Virus record (IMG/VR): IMGVR_UViG_3300036773_000056
Span: 1-57,927 of that record
Reading direction: 5' to 3' (one strand)
Length of the DNA: 57,927 bases
DNA from: a virus
Lineage: Duplodnaviria; Caudoviricetes
Shown here: positions 8,981 to 18,750 of the stretch, one piece after another
How the letters are laid out: every line of letters starts with the position of its first letter
How positions within the stretch are numbered: position 1 is the first letter of the stretch
The notes under the pieces: model-generated
What the model was told of the DNA's origin: nothing
Databases searched by the model: none
The model's input: only the letters and a program-made list of their open reading frames with translations
Program-made: the position numbers and the translations under genes

Positions 8981-9193
8981 ATGTTCGCATCTCTGCCCGG
9001 GTGGTTCGCGAACGTCCGCGACGGCCTCGCCGTCCTCGGCGCCGGCTCCCTGGCCGCATCCGCCGTGTTCGGCGTCCTCGCCGCCCGCGCCATGGGCGGC
9101 CTCGACCCGGCCGACCCGGCGGACGCCGTCCACGCCGACGACTGGCGCGCCTACGTCGACGCCCACGGCCTCGACGAGGACCCGCCCGGGTGA
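8981..9193 (+). CDS. Small membrane protein
   Basis: One hydrophobic helix; operon packing. Confidence 0.55.
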   Translation: MFASLPGWFANVRDGLAVLGAGSLAASAVFGVLAARAMGGLDPADPADAVHADDWRAYVDAHGLDEDPPG

Positions 9194-9420
9194 CCGGCGC
9201 CGAGGGGGTCGGGCCCGGCCGCGGGGGCACGGACCCGACCCCCGGGCCCCGGTGGCACCCGAAGTACGACCTGCCATGCCGCTACTACCTGGCCGAACTC
9301 GGTTCGTACTGCGGTTCGAAACCCACCCGCCGGTACCTCAACGGCCAGTTCTGCGTGGACCACCAACCCGCCCGCACCGCCGTACCCCGCCCCGGGAGCA
9401 GCAGCAGCCCGCGACCTTAA
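9190..9420 (+). CDS. Small Cys/His protein
   Basis: GTGA overlap; PCRY...YCG...TRRYLNGQFCVDH. Confidence 0.55.
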   Translation: MTGAEGVGPGRGGTDPTPGPRWHPKYDLPCRYYLAELGSYCGSKPTRRYLNGQFCVDHQPARTAVPRPGSSSSPRP

Positions 9421-9483
9421 CCGCCCGCCGCGCCCACCATCCCGGACATGCCGACCCGCACCGCGAGACCAGGAGAGCCACCG

Positions 9484-10077
9484 ATGCCGAGCAGGTTCGA
9501 GTTCGAGCGGCGAGTCATCGCATCCGACTTGCCCGCCCCGACTCGCCACATCCTGCTCACCATCGCCACGTGGGCCGACAACGACTCCGGCGCCATCCCG
9601 CCCCGCTTCACCCCCAGCATCGGCCGCTTGCAGGCCGCGACCGGCATGTCCCGCGCCGCCATCTGCAAACACCTCAACGCCGCCGAAGAGGCGGGATGGC
9701 TGGACCGGTACCGGCCCGCCGTCGCGAAAGCCCGCGCCGAGCACGCCCGCACCCTCTACGTCCTCGCCATGCCGGGGCTAGTCCGCCAGGAAGACCAGCC
9801 CTGGTCCACCACAGAGACCAGCTCTAGTCCACCTGGTGGACCCAACCACACAGGCCACTCAAATAACCCCCCTAACCCCCCGCAAGCGGGGGGAACCCGC
9901 CGCTGCACAGCACACAGACGCCCCCGCCGCGGCTGCCCCGACTGCGCCGTCACCCTCGCCCCCGTACCGGACTGGTGCGGCGAGTGCGACCACCCCGACA
10001 CGCGGCTGATCGAGACGCCCGCCGGGATGGCGAAGTGCCCGGCCTGCCACATCTCCACCGTCCGAGGTGCCTCATGA
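9484..10077 (+). CDS. Second HTH replication-initiator-like protein with C-terminal zinc ribbon (lytic replication candidate)
   Basis: RHILLTIATWAD...PSIGRLQAATGMSRAAICKHL...GWL; WCGEC...KCPACH. Confidence 0.7.
   Translation: MPSRFEFERRVIASDLPAPTRHILLTIATWADNDSGAIPPRFTPSIGRLQAATGMSRAAICKHLNAAEEAGWLDRYRPAVAKARAEHARTLYVLAMPGLVRQEDQPWSTTETSSSPPGGPNHTGHSNNPPNPPQAGGTRRCTAHRRPRRGCPDCAVTLAPVPDWCGECDHPDTRLIETPAGMAKCPACHISTVRGAS
9778..9846. repeat. Three 23-bp-period iterons inside the second initiator
   Basis: CTRGTCCRCC-n5-GACC at 9778, 9801, 9824. Confidence 0.6.
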
Positions 10078-10445
10078 CCACAACCACACGCCGCCCGTTC
10101 AAGCCGTGCGGCACAACCGCCGCGTACGACCGCCACCGCCGCCACGGCGAGACGCCCTGCGACGCCTGCCGCACCGCGTACGTCACCAACCGCCGGGAAC
10201 GCCGCCAAGCCGCCCGCACCGCACCACCCGCCGGCATCGAGGCCGAGCACGAAATCGACGAGATCGCAGTCGAGCGGGCCGCCCACGGCGACACCACCGT
10301 CCCCCTCAACCACGCCGAGCGCGTCGCCGCCGCCCGCCAAATCCTCGCGTGGGGCCACACCCGCACCGAGATCGCCCGCCGCCTCCGCGTCTCCGGCACC
10401 GCCGCCCGCACCCTCCAAGCCCTCGCCACGGGAGCGTCCACGTGA
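10074..10445 (+). CDS. Zinc-binding plus HTH phage protein
   Basis: CGT.AAY.RH.R.GE.PCDAC; EIARRLRVS. Confidence 0.7.
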   Translation: MTTTTRRPFKPCGTTAAYDRHRRHGETPCDACRTAYVTNRRERRQAARTAPPAGIEAEHEIDEIAVERAAHGDTTVPLNHAERVAAARQILAWGHTRTEIARRLRVSGTAARTLQALATGAST

Positions 10446-10768
10446 CCATCACCGACCGCCTGCGCCGCCTCGCGCGCGCCTTACTCGGCCCCGAACCCGC
10501 CCGCTGCCCCCGCTGCGCCCGCAGCCTTACTGACGCCATCACCGGATGCGACTGCCCCACTGAAGACCTCCGATGGGCCCGCGCCGTCATCACCACGGTC
10601 AAGAGCGTCCACCGCCGCCACGAATGCGACGGCGCAACCCCCGAGGAATGCGGATGCGCCGCCGACCGCGCCGAATCCGACACGGGCGAGGTCTGCGGCC
10701 ACTGCACCCGCCCCTACCCCTGCCCGACCCGCAGCATCGCCGACCAGTTCCCCGAGGTGACCCGATGA
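10442..10768 (+). CDS. Hypothetical Cys-rich protein
   Basis: GTGA overlap; CGHC..PYPCPT. Confidence 0.65.
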   Translation: MTITDRLRRLARALLGPEPARCPRCARSLTDAITGCDCPTEDLRWARAVITTVKSVHRRHECDGATPEECGCAADRAESDTGEVCGHCTRPYPCPTRSIADQFPEVTR

Positions 10769-11265
10769 CCGACAGCGGCGAGTTCCGATTCGTCGACTAC
10801 GACGGCCGCGACGGAGGCCCCTACACGACCGGCGCCCCCACCGAGAGCGCGTCGGGCGCGTGTCCGGACGCACCGGGCTACGCGCACGGGCGCGACGCCG
10901 CGGCGCGGCCCTCAGATGCCCCAGGAGCCCCGCACGCCCCGGGGGGTATCCGGTTGCCCTTGGACGTACCGGTTCGCCCGGCTACGCCTGCGCTGGCCGC
11001 GTGGGTGGCGGAGTTCGAGCGGTCGGCCCGGTCGGCATTCGCGGTGATGGTCCGTCACATCCGGGCGCGGCTGGAGCCGTGGGCGCGGTCGACGCAGCTC
11101 GTGGCGCACGCGCACTCGCTGCGGCTCGCGGTCGCGAAGGGGGATCGGCGGACGCTGCGCGCGCACCGGCGGCGCTGCGAGATCTGCCACCCGCGCATCC
11201 CGAAGTCGCCGGCCGCGAACGCGGCGTACACGCGGAGGCAGCGGAACCGGCGGCGGCGCTCATGA
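10765..11265 (+). CDS. Hypothetical protein
   Basis: ATGA overlaps at both ends. Confidence 0.55.
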   Translation: MTDSGEFRFVDYDGRDGGPYTTGAPTESASGACPDAPGYAHGRDAAARPSDAPGAPHAPGGIRLPLDVPVRPATPALAAWVAEFERSARSAFAVMVRHIRARLEPWARSTQLVAHAHSLRLAVAKGDRRTLRAHRRRCEICHPRIPKSPAANAAYTRRQRNRRRRS

Positions 11266-11984
11266 GCTACGGCCCCGAGGCGCTTCGCACCTGCGACGGT
11301 CCCGGCTGCGGCGCCTCGTACGACGCGATCGAGGTCATGACCGGCCGCGCACGCGCCACCGGGTGGCGGCAGTTCCCGTCCCTGTCGCTGCACATGTGCG
11401 GGGACTGCGCGCCGCGGTGGTGGGCGGCCGGCGACGGCCCCCACGTCCCGGCCGTCCACCACACCCACACGCCCGCCGGATCGGTCGTCGACTGCGCGTG
11501 CGGCGCCTCGACCGGGCTCCGGCGGACGCTCGGCGAGCTCGCCGCCGCCTACCTCGCGCACCTCGCCGAGATCGCCACCACCCCGGAGGAACCCATGCCG
11601 ATCACCGACGCCATGCGGAAGCTGAACAGCCTCGCCCCGATGCCCGAACGGACGCCCAGCCCGGAAACCGTCGACCAGCTCGGCCGCTACCTCACCCGCA
11701 CTGGCCACCTCGGGTTCGCGATGGTCTACCACGCCCCGCGCGACCAGCTCGACCAGGCGCAGGCCGAACGCGCGCAGCTCGCCATGGCCGCGGGGCACCT
11801 GCTCGACGCCCTGTACGAGCTCGCCCCCGAGGCCGCCGCGATCGTCGCGGCCGAGGTCGTCGAGGCGTGGCACGACGGGGGCGAGGTCGGGTCACGCCTG
11901 TGGTCGCTGGCCAACGTGTTCGGTCTGGACGCGAACCAGGTCGCCGAGCTCGCCGGCGAACACGCGCAGCAGGTGGACCGGTGA
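11262..11984 (+). CDS. Hypothetical protein (zinc-binding N-terminus)
   Basis: Operon packing; CDGPGC and CGDC motifs. Confidence 0.65.
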   Translation: MSYGPEALRTCDGPGCGASYDAIEVMTGRARATGWRQFPSLSLHMCGDCAPRWWAAGDGPHVPAVHHTHTPAGSVVDCACGASTGLRRTLGELAAAYLAHLAEIATTPEEPMPITDAMRKLNSLAPMPERTPSPETVDQLGRYLTRTGHLGFAMVYHAPRDQLDQAQAERAQLAMAAGHLLDALYELAPEAAAIVAAEVVEAWHDGGEVGSRLWSLANVFGLDANQVAELAGEHAQQVDR

Positions 11985-12550
11985 CCGGCCGCCGCTGGAC
12001 GGTCGCGCTCCCGCCCGGCCTCGCGCTCCCCACGTCCAACCACCGGCACGGGCACCCCGCCAAGCTCGGCGCGGCGATGCGCGTCGTCAAGGACGCGGCG
12101 ATCCTGACGACGCGCTCGGCTCGCATCCCGACCATGACCGGGCCCGTACGCCTCGTCGCCGAGTTCCGGCCGCCCGCCGGCACCCGCGCCCGCGTCGTCC
12201 GCGACACGCACAACCTCGCCCCGGCGGTCAAGGCCGCGATCGACGGGGCGGTCAAGGCCGGCGCGCTTCGCGACGACGACGACCAGCACGTGACCGCCGT
12301 CGAGTTCCACCCCGGGCCCGCGATCGACCGGGCGGGCGGGCAACTGCTGCTGCACCTCGACCCGCCCGAACACGCACAAGACGAGGTTGACCGGCTGCGC
12401 GGCATCGCCGCCGGCGCCGCCGCGCTCATCGCCGCGCTGCCCGGCGGCGCCGACGCCCTCGACCTCCACGACGCGGACGTGAAGATCTCGGCCGCGCTGC
12501 TCCGCGCCCTGCGCGACGCCCTCACCGACCCCGGAGACGACCCCCGTTGA
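11981..12550 (+). CDS. RusA-like Holliday junction resolvase
   Basis: RDTHNLAPAVKAAIDG..AG.L.DDD motif. Confidence 0.75.
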   Translation: MTGRRWTVALPPGLALPTSNHRHGHPAKLGAAMRVVKDAAILTTRSARIPTMTGPVRLVAEFRPPAGTRARVVRDTHNLAPAVKAAIDGAVKAGALRDDDDQHVTAVEFHPGPAIDRAGGQLLLHLDPPEHAQDEVDRLRGIAAGAAALIAALPGGADALDLHDADVKISAALLRALRDALTDPGDDPR

Positions 12551-12891
12551 CCGAGCACACCATCGACGACCTCGACGAGGGATCCCGCCGGATCATCCTG
12601 TGGACCCCCGCCGAGATGGCGCCAGACCTCGCGCCCGCCGCGCGCATGGTCTGGCGCCTCGCCAACCGGCACCACTGCACCGCCGCCCGCCGCGCCGACC
12701 CGCAGCCGTGCAGGGCGTTCAACGCGCACGCCCGCGACGTCGCCGCCGCCCTCGAATCGCTGCGCGCGCTCGGCCTCGCCGACACCCCGCCCGGCCTGTG
12801 CGCACCCCGCAACGCGTACGGCGAGGTCATCCGCAAGCCCCGCGGCGCCGCTGGCCGCGCCCGCCAGAAGCGACAGGAGACCACCACATGA
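12547..12891 (+). CDS. Hypothetical protein
   Basis: TTGA overlap; GGAG RBS. Confidence 0.6.
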   Translation: MTEHTIDDLDEGSRRIILWTPAEMAPDLAPAARMVWRLANRHHCTAARRADPQPCRAFNAHARDVAAALESLRALGLADTPPGLCAPRNAYGEVIRKPRGAAGRARQKRQETTT

Positions 12892-14153
12892 GCACCCGCC
12901 CCAACCTCGACGGCATCGCCGCCCGCGCCGCCAACATCGACACGTGGATGACCGAGGACGTGCGGCGTCTCGCCCGCGAGGACGTGCCCGCGCTCATCGC
13001 CGACAACCGGGCCGCGTGGGTCGCCGTCGAGCTCTGGTCGCGGCGCGCGGTCGCCGGCATGTCCCGCGTCACCCGGCAGTGGCGCCGCGCCGACGCCTTC
13101 CGCGAGCAGCGCGACGCCGAGCGCGCCCGCGCCGACCGCGCCGAGGCGACCCTCTGGGTCGAGCGCCGACTATTCGTCGTCCACGACTTCGAGCAGAACC
13201 CGCACGCGAACGTGCGCGTGTGCCGCTGCGGCCTCTGGCCCGACCACCACATGCACACCGGCGACCAGCCCACGTGCGGCTGCGACGCCGACCGCGCGGA
13301 CCGCGTGAAGGCCGCGAAGTACGACGCGCTCCACCGCGCGCTGCGCGACCTCACGGCCGCGGCCGACCGGCTGCGCGACGACTGGGCCGAGGCCGGCCCC
13401 GGCGTCCGTACCGAACTGTGGCGGCGGCTGCACGAGGCTGCCGACGACGCGCGCGAGGTCACCGACGACCTGCCCGCGGGCGGCACCGAGCCCACGCCGA
13501 GCAACGTCGAGGCCATCGCACGCGCGCTCCACGCCGCGTACGACCGGGCCACACCCCGCTTCGACCTGGCCACCCGCGAATACCGGCCCGTGCCGTGGGA
13601 CCGGCTGATCGACTCGGACCGCGCGGGTCTGGTCACGGCCATCGCCCACCTGATCGACACGGGGATGATCCACCCCGGCGAGCAGCCCCCGGCCGCCGAG
13701 CCCGCCGGCGACTCCCCCGAGATGCGCGCCCTGTACCGGGAGCGGGCGCACCTGGTCGCGCACCTCGCCGCCCTGCACCCGTCCGTCCTGGCCTACAACG
13801 ACCCGAACGAACCCACCCGGCCCGTGCTGTACGTCGACGCGCACGGCGGGCAACTCTCCTGGCACATCTCCCCTGACGACCTCGAACTTTTCGAGCACGT
13901 GCCGCAGGTCGCCCCCGACGACCCCCGCGCGAAGTGGGACGGACACAGCACCGACACGAAATACCTGCGCCTCGGCGGCCTCACGGACGATGCGGCCCGC
14001 GTCGCCGCGAAGAAGAGGAAGCGCGCCCGCCCGACCGAGTCGAGTGCGTACGGCGTGAGCGGGTCCGTCACCCTCAACGTCAGCCCATCCCGCGAACCGG
14101 ACCCGCGGATCATCTACGTCCGCGACCAGCGCAACGGTGGGATGCACACGTGA
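12888..14153 (+). CDS. Mosaic hypothetical phage protein
   Basis: C-terminal module LYRERAHLVA.L...GQLSWHI...WDGHSTDTKY.RL. Confidence 0.7.
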   Translation: MSTRPNLDGIAARAANIDTWMTEDVRRLAREDVPALIADNRAAWVAVELWSRRAVAGMSRVTRQWRRADAFREQRDAERARADRAEATLWVERRLFVVHDFEQNPHANVRVCRCGLWPDHHMHTGDQPTCGCDADRADRVKAAKYDALHRALRDLTAAADRLRDDWAEAGPGVRTELWRRLHEAADDAREVTDDLPAGGTEPTPSNVEAIARALHAAYDRATPRFDLATREYRPVPWDRLIDSDRAGLVTAIAHLIDTGMIHPGEQPPAAEPAGDSPEMRALYRERAHLVAHLAALHPSVLAYNDPNEPTRPVLYVDAHGGQLSWHISPDDLELFEHVPQVAPDDPRAKWDGHSTDTKYLRLGGLTDDAARVAAKKRKRARPTESSAYGVSGSVTLNVSPSREPDPRIIYVRDQRNGGMHT

Positions 14154-14851
14154 CCACGGCTTTCGCCGCGCTGGCGATCGGCGTCGACGTCGAACAGCTC
14201 ACCGTGCCCGGTGGGCTACTCGACCAGCTCGCCGACCTCATCACCACCCCGGCCGCGAAGGTGGTCGACGACGCGGGCCCGATCGCGCACGCCAAGATCG
14301 TCGGCTCGCCCGCGCCCTGGCACGCCGCGGCCGGCGAGGCGTACATGGCGATCCACGCCGAGGCGCGGGAGATCGAGCAGGACGCCCGCTACCGGATCAC
14401 CGGCCACACCGGCGCGCTACGCGGCGGGAGCGACGAGAACACCCGCGCCGCGCTGCGCGCCGTCGAGCACCTGGTGCACGCGCTCGACGAGGACCACGCC
14501 CACAAGGTCGGGCGCGACGTCGCCCGCCTCGTACGCCTCGCCCGCGAAGCCCTCGGCGAATCCGAGCGGTGGGCGCCGCTCCGCCGGCAGCCCGGCCAGC
14601 TCCCGCCCGTCTGCCCGTACTGCGAGACGTACGGGCTGCGCATCCTCCCCTCCACGGGGGAGGTGCGCTGCGTCAACCCCGAATGCAGGGACACGCGCGG
14701 CAAGCGCCCGTCCGGGCACGCCGAGCACGCCCACCACACCCGCCAAGGCCACGCCGCCGTCGTGTTCGCGGACGGCGCCGAGGCGTGGTGGGTCGACGAG
14801 AACGCCCCCGATGACCTGTACGACACCGACGACCAGGAGCAGACCGCATGA
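14150..14851 (+). CDS. Zinc-ribbon phage protein, possible transcription regulator
   Basis: GSPAPW; CPYCETYGLR...VRCVNPEC. Confidence 0.65.
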   Translation: MTTAFAALAIGVDVEQLTVPGGLLDQLADLITTPAAKVVDDAGPIAHAKIVGSPAPWHAAAGEAYMAIHAEAREIEQDARYRITGHTGALRGGSDENTRAALRAVEHLVHALDEDHAHKVGRDVARLVRLAREALGESERWAPLRRQPGQLPPVCPYCETYGLRILPSTGEVRCVNPECRDTRGKRPSGHAEHAHHTRQGHAAVVFADGAEAWWVDENAPDDLYDTDDQEQTA

Positions 14852-15012
14852 CCACCACCATCACCACGCCCCCGCCCGCCGACAAGCGCCACGGCCTCAC
14901 CCTCGACGAACTCGCCCGGTTCGTGCAGGACGCGTACCGCAAGGACATCCCCGGCGACGCCCCCGTACGGGTCAACCGGGTGCGGGCGAAGCGCGCCGAG
15001 GTGACCGGGTGA
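14848..15012 (+). CDS. Small hypothetical protein (54 aa)
   Basis: AGGAG RBS; GLTLDELARFVQ; overlaps both neighbours. Confidence 0.6.
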   Translation: MTTTITTPPPADKRHGLTLDELARFVQDAYRKDIPGDAPVRVNRVRAKRAEVTG

Positions 15013-15458
15013 CCCTCGCCGTCGTCCCGGTCCGGTTCGCCGACGCGTGCGCGTTCGTCGCCGCGTGGCACCGGCACCACGCCCCGCCGCCCGGCGCCAA
15101 GTTCTGCATCGGCGCCTCCGCCGAGGGCGTGCTCGTGGGCGTCGCGATCGTCGGCCGACCGGTCGCGCGGCACCTCGACGACGGCCGTACGTTGGAGGTC
15201 ACCCGCACCGCGACGGACGGCACGACGAACTCGAACAGCGTCCTGTACGGAGCGGCGTGGCGAGCTGCCCGCGCCCTCGGGTACACGCGGCTGATCACGT
15301 ACACGCAGGCCGGAGAAACCGGCGCGTCGCTGCGCGGCGCGGGGTGGCGCGTCATCGCGCAGCGCCCCGCACGGCCCGGCTGGAACCGCCCATCCCGCCC
15401 CCGGCAACCGACCGGTACCGAGGGCATTCCTCGAACCCTGTGGGAGGCCACAGCATGA
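15009..15458 (+). CDS. XF1762-family protein (GNAT/Mom-like fold suspected)
   Basis: A.AFV..WHRHH.PP.G.KF...GVAIVGRPVAR.LDDG.TLEV.R...LYGAAWRAARALGY.RLITYT...E.G.SLR.AGW. Confidence 0.8.
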   Translation: MTLAVVPVRFADACAFVAAWHRHHAPPPGAKFCIGASAEGVLVGVAIVGRPVARHLDDGRTLEVTRTATDGTTNSNSVLYGAAWRAARALGYTRLITYTQAGETGASLRGAGWRVIAQRPARPGWNRPSRPRQPTGTEGIPRTLWEATA

Positions 15459-15775
15459 CGACCACCCGCCCGCCGGCGCCGCTGGAAACCGAGACCGTCG
15501 CCGTCCTGTGCAGCGTGCAGGACGCGGCGGCGCTGCTCGACCCGCCGTGCACCCCCGACCAGGTGCGGGCCCTCGTCGCGCTCGCCAACCTCGCGCCCGT
15601 GCGCGCCCCCGCGGGTACGGGAGCCCCGCGGGGACGCGGCCGCCCGCCCGTCCTGTACCGCGCCGCCGAGCTCCAACGCGCGCACGCCCGCGCCGTACGC
15701 GCCGGGTTGCTCGCGCTGCTGCCCCCGCCCGTCGACGCCGTGGCGTCGCTCACGGCCGCGGGCGCGGCACGGTGA
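15455..15775 (+). CDS. Small HTH-like protein
   Basis: SVQDAAALLDPP...GRPPVLYRAAEL. Confidence 0.6.
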   Translation: MTTTRPPAPLETETVAVLCSVQDAAALLDPPCTPDQVRALVALANLAPVRAPAGTGAPRGRGRPPVLYRAAELQRAHARAVRAGLLALLPPPVDAVASLTAAGAAR

Positions 15776-16068
15776 CCGGCGAGATGGTGACCGGGTTGGG
15801 TCCGTGGCGCCGGCACTGCCCGCTGTGCGGCGCCCCGGTTACGTGGCTGTCCGCCGAGGTCGCCCGGTTCGACGCGTGCGACTGCGTACCGGGCATGACC
15901 GCGTTCGGCGAGCAGTTCAAAGCCTGGATCAGCGACCTGAACGCGGCAATCGACGCGCTGATCATGGCGGAGTCACGCCGCCCGCCGCCCCCGCCGCCGC
16001 CGCTGCGCGAGCTGCTGCCCCGCCTGCCCGCATCCCAACTCACCCCACCGCCTCCTGAGGGCGGATGA
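15772..16068 (+). CDS. Hypothetical protein
   Basis: GTGA overlap; CPLCG. Confidence 0.5.
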   Translation: MTGEMVTGLGPWRRHCPLCGAPVTWLSAEVARFDACDCVPGMTAFGEQFKAWISDLNAAIDALIMAESRRPPPPPPPLRELLPRLPASQLTPPPPEGG

Positions 16069-16072
16069 CCGC

Positions 16073-16342
16073 ATGGACATGGACGATGGACCCGCCGAGC
16101 CGATGTTCGAGATCACAGACCTTGACGTCTCGGCGATCATCGACACCGACGCCTACGCCGGGCACGTGGACGCGCTGCGCGTACAGATGCGGGACGCGCT
16201 CGAAGCGGCAGCGCGGGACCGAGGCTGCACCCTCGGGCAGGTCAGCGTGACCGTCGAGAAGGAACCGGACGGCGCCCACGTGATCCGGATGACCGCGCCC
16301 GCGTACAAGCAGGTCGGCGTACTGCCGTGGAAGACCCCGTGA
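16073..16342 (+). CDS. Hypothetical acidic protein
   Basis: Normal codon pattern; last gene of the early operon. Confidence 0.55.
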   Translation: MDMDDGPAEPMFEITDLDVSAIIDTDAYAGHVDALRVQMRDALEAAARDRGCTLGQVSVTVEKEPDGAHVIRMTAPAYKQVGVLPWKTP

Positions 16343-16453
16343 CCGACGAGCAGCACCGCGGCACCTGGTGAGGAGGCGACACGGCCCCCGACCAAGATCA
16401 TCGGTTGGGGGTCGCGTGGCGCCCCGCCTTACGGCGGACCCCCGCACGTTCGA

Positions 16454-16879
16454 TCAACCGGTGCGGGTCCACCCGGCCGCGACCCATCGCGTGAACCAGG
16501 TGTTCGCCACGGCGCGGGCGTCGTCAAGATCGGTGAACACTCGGCGGATCGTGCCGCCCACATGCGCACCCCGGGACGTGTGGTCGAGCTCGATGGCCTC
16601 CACCACGTAGTGGCCGAGGTCCCGGTCGAGGGCGATGCAGCGGGTGGCGAACGCGAATGCCAGCTTGACGGTCATCAGCCGCTCCGTGTTCGGCACGTCG
16701 CCGGACGCCTCGATCTCGCGGTCCCGTAGCGCCGCCCGCGCGACCCTCGCCATGCCAGCCGCCTGATCGTCGGTGAACCCGAGCACGCTCGCCATGGTCG
16801 CGTCGTCGAGGCTTCCGGACAGGGCGGTCATGGCGTCGATCGTGTCGGCCTGCGCAGCGGTGGGAGTGATCGTGGCCAT
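16454..16879 (-). CDS. Hypothetical protein of the divergent cassette
   Basis: GGAAGGA RBS; MATITPTAAQADTIDAM. Confidence 0.7.
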   Translation of the reverse strand: MATITPTAAQADTIDAMTALSGSLDDATMASVLGFTDDQAAGMARVARAALRDREIEASGDVPNTERLMTVKLAFAFATRCIALDRDLGHYVVEAIELDHTSRGAHVGGTIRRVFTDLDDARAVANTWFTRWVAAGWTRTG

Positions 16880-16931
16880 GAGGTTCCTTCCGGGGGTGGA
16901 GCGCCCCCCGCCGGAGCGGGGGGCCGGTGTC

Positions 16932-17132
16932 TCAGTTCGGGGCGATCCATCCGAGCTTCTGTGCGGTGGCGATGGTGCGGGTGAGTGCGGCGTGGGCGGC
17001 GTCTTCGCTGCCCCACGGCACGGTCTCGATGTGCAGCTCGTCGCCGGTGTAGGTGCGTTCCTCGATCGTGTAGCCGGTGACCGTGAGCACGAGTGCGTCG
17101 GTGCTGTCCGGGCGGTGCATCTCGATCTGCAT
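16932..17132 (-). CDS. Small WGR-like protein
   Basis: GAGAGGA RBS; SEDAAHAALTRTIATAQKLGW. Confidence 0.6.
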   Translation of the reverse strand: MQIEMHRPDSTDALVLTVTGYTIEERTYTGDELHIETVPWGSEDAAHAALTRTIATAQKLGWIAPN

Positions 17133-17163
17133 CGGGGGGTTCCTCTCTGCTGTTGTGTCTCCG

Positions 17164-17246
17164 ACACTAGACCCGAACAGATTGAAAGTCAACGGGTTCT
17201 TTCAATCAAAGAACCCGTTGACTTTCAAACGTGCGGGGCATACGGT
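17164..17246. promoter_or_regulatory. Back-to-back sigma70-type promoters built on a 21-bp perfect inverted repeat
   Basis: Arms 17182-17202 and 17208-17228; plus strand TTGACT-17-TACGGT; minus strand TTGACT-17-TAGTGT. Confidence 0.8.
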
Positions 17247-17276
17247 GATCCCACCACGCACACCCACGGAGGACCA

Positions 17277-17669
17277 ATGACCAGCACCGAAACCCGCCCC
17301 AACTGGCGGAACCTCGAAACCGGCGACTTCTACACACGCACCGGAACACAACTCGGCCTCTTCGCCGCCCCCGACGCCACCGGCACCGGCGACCTGTTCG
17401 ACCAGGACGACACGCCCGCCACCGCACCGGCCAAGCCGACGAAGAAGGCGGCGCGCGCCGCCGCCCGAGCCGCCCGCGCCGCCCTTGACGCCAAGATCGC
17501 CGCGCACCTCATGGACATTAAGGCGATCGGGGCCGCCTATGAAAACTGGCTGATCGACCAGTACGGCATCGATGGGAGCCGCACGTACAACGTCGTCTTC
17601 GCCGCCAAGGAAATCAGCGGCCTGCCCCTTCACGAACTCCGTAACCTCTACCAGGAGGCAACCCGATGA
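17277..17669 (+). CDS. Hypothetical protein
   Basis: GGAGG RBS directly after the promoter. Confidence 0.75.
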   Translation: MTSTETRPNWRNLETGDFYTRTGTQLGLFAAPDATGTGDLFDQDDTPATAPAKPTKKAARAAARAARAALDAKIAAHLMDIKAIGAAYENWLIDQYGIDGSRTYNVVFAAKEISGLPLHELRNLYQEATR

Positions 17670-18238
17670 ACACCGACCGCGGGGGATCCCGCACCAACTC
17701 CGGCCGCCGCTCTGTCGGCGGACGCGCCGAGGTCATGCTCGGCGACCTGCGCGACGTCCTCGACGGCGAGGCTAAGCGCCTCGGCGTCGACCGTGCCGCT
17801 CTCGTCCGCGCCCTGTGCGCGGATGGGCTGCGCCGCCGCCGGGTGATCGACAAGCGCACCGCGGACGCGTACGCGCTCAATCAGGCGTCCACCCGGTACG
17901 GCACCCGCAGCGTGGGCGACGCCTCCCGCAGCGCCGCCCGCGCCATGCAGCGCCTCGGTGCGGCGTTCGATGCGACCCCCGCCGACGCGCTGATCATCTC
18001 CGCGTATCACGAGGCGGCGGCCGAACCCGGCGACTTCGTGTCCCTGACGGCCATACGCGACGCCCTCGTCGGCTTCCCCCGCGAGGAAGTCGACGCCGCG
18101 CTCGACAACCTGTACCGGCACCAGATCATCAACCTCATCCCGCGCAGCAATCAGCGGGCGCTCACCGACGCAGCGCGGGCCGCGGCCGTGCACATCGGCG
18201 ACGAGGACAAGCACCTCATCAGCATCGAACCGGAGTGA
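17666..18238 (+). CDS. RHH-like plus winged-helix DNA-binding protein
   Basis: GRRSVGGR...LDGEAKRLGVDRAALVRAL; FVSLTAIRDAL...REEVDAAL. Confidence 0.65.
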   Translation: MNTDRGGSRTNSGRRSVGGRAEVMLGDLRDVLDGEAKRLGVDRAALVRALCADGLRRRRVIDKRTADAYALNQASTRYGTRSVGDASRSAARAMQRLGAAFDATPADALIISAYHEAAAEPGDFVSLTAIRDALVGFPREEVDAALDNLYRHQIINLIPRSNQRALTDAARAAAVHIGDEDKHLISIEPE

Positions 18239-18245
18239 ACACGCC

Positions 18246-18446
18246 ATGCTTCCGCAAATCCCGATCGACGACCCGCGCGTGCTGACCCTGGCCAGGGCGC
18301 GTCAACAGTTCGCCCACGACTGCGCCCACCTCCCGACGTGGGAAGAACTGACCGACGACGAGCGTGCCACCGCGTTGCCGGTCGCCCGCAACTATCTGGA
18401 ATCGGCGATCAACGCCGGACTCATCCCGGGAGATCCCGATGCGTGA
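18246..18446 (+). CDS. Small hypothetical protein
   Basis: PTWEELTDDER motif. Confidence 0.6.
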   Translation: MLPQIPIDDPRVLTLARARQQFAHDCAHLPTWEELTDDERATALPVARNYLESAINAGLIPGDPDA

Positions 18447-18675
18447 GTACCGCATCGAGTTCACGATCCAACACCGCGAAGACGACGAGGAGGACTTCAC
18501 CGAGATCGGCTTCGGCTCCTCGGGCGCGTGCAGTGACCTGGATTCCTGCACCTACTCGATCACGTCCGCTGTGACAAATGGCGAGTGGGAGACCGAACGG
18601 GATCACCCCGACCCCGACGAGGTCATGCAGGCGATCCAGCAGGCACGCTACGCGGAAGGAAACGCCGATGCGTGA
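18439..18675 (+). CDS. Small acidic hypothetical protein
   Basis: GGGAG RBS; EYRIEFTIQHREDDEEDFTEIGFGSS. Confidence 0.65.
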   Translation: MREYRIEFTIQHREDDEEDFTEIGFGSSGACSDLDSCTYSITSAVTNGEWETERDHPDPDEVMQAIQQARYAEGNADA

Positions 18676-18750
18676 AGAGGCCATGCTCGCCCCGTACGTG
18701 ACCCTCCTGTGCGACTGGCCGAGCGGGACGTACCTGCGGAAGGTCGTCGA

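Noticed and set aside
17182-17228. Palindrome as a protelomerase (telRL) site of an N15-like linear phage-plasmid
   Set aside because: No protelomerase recognised; the 5-nt asymmetric centre and two well-spaced promoters explain it better
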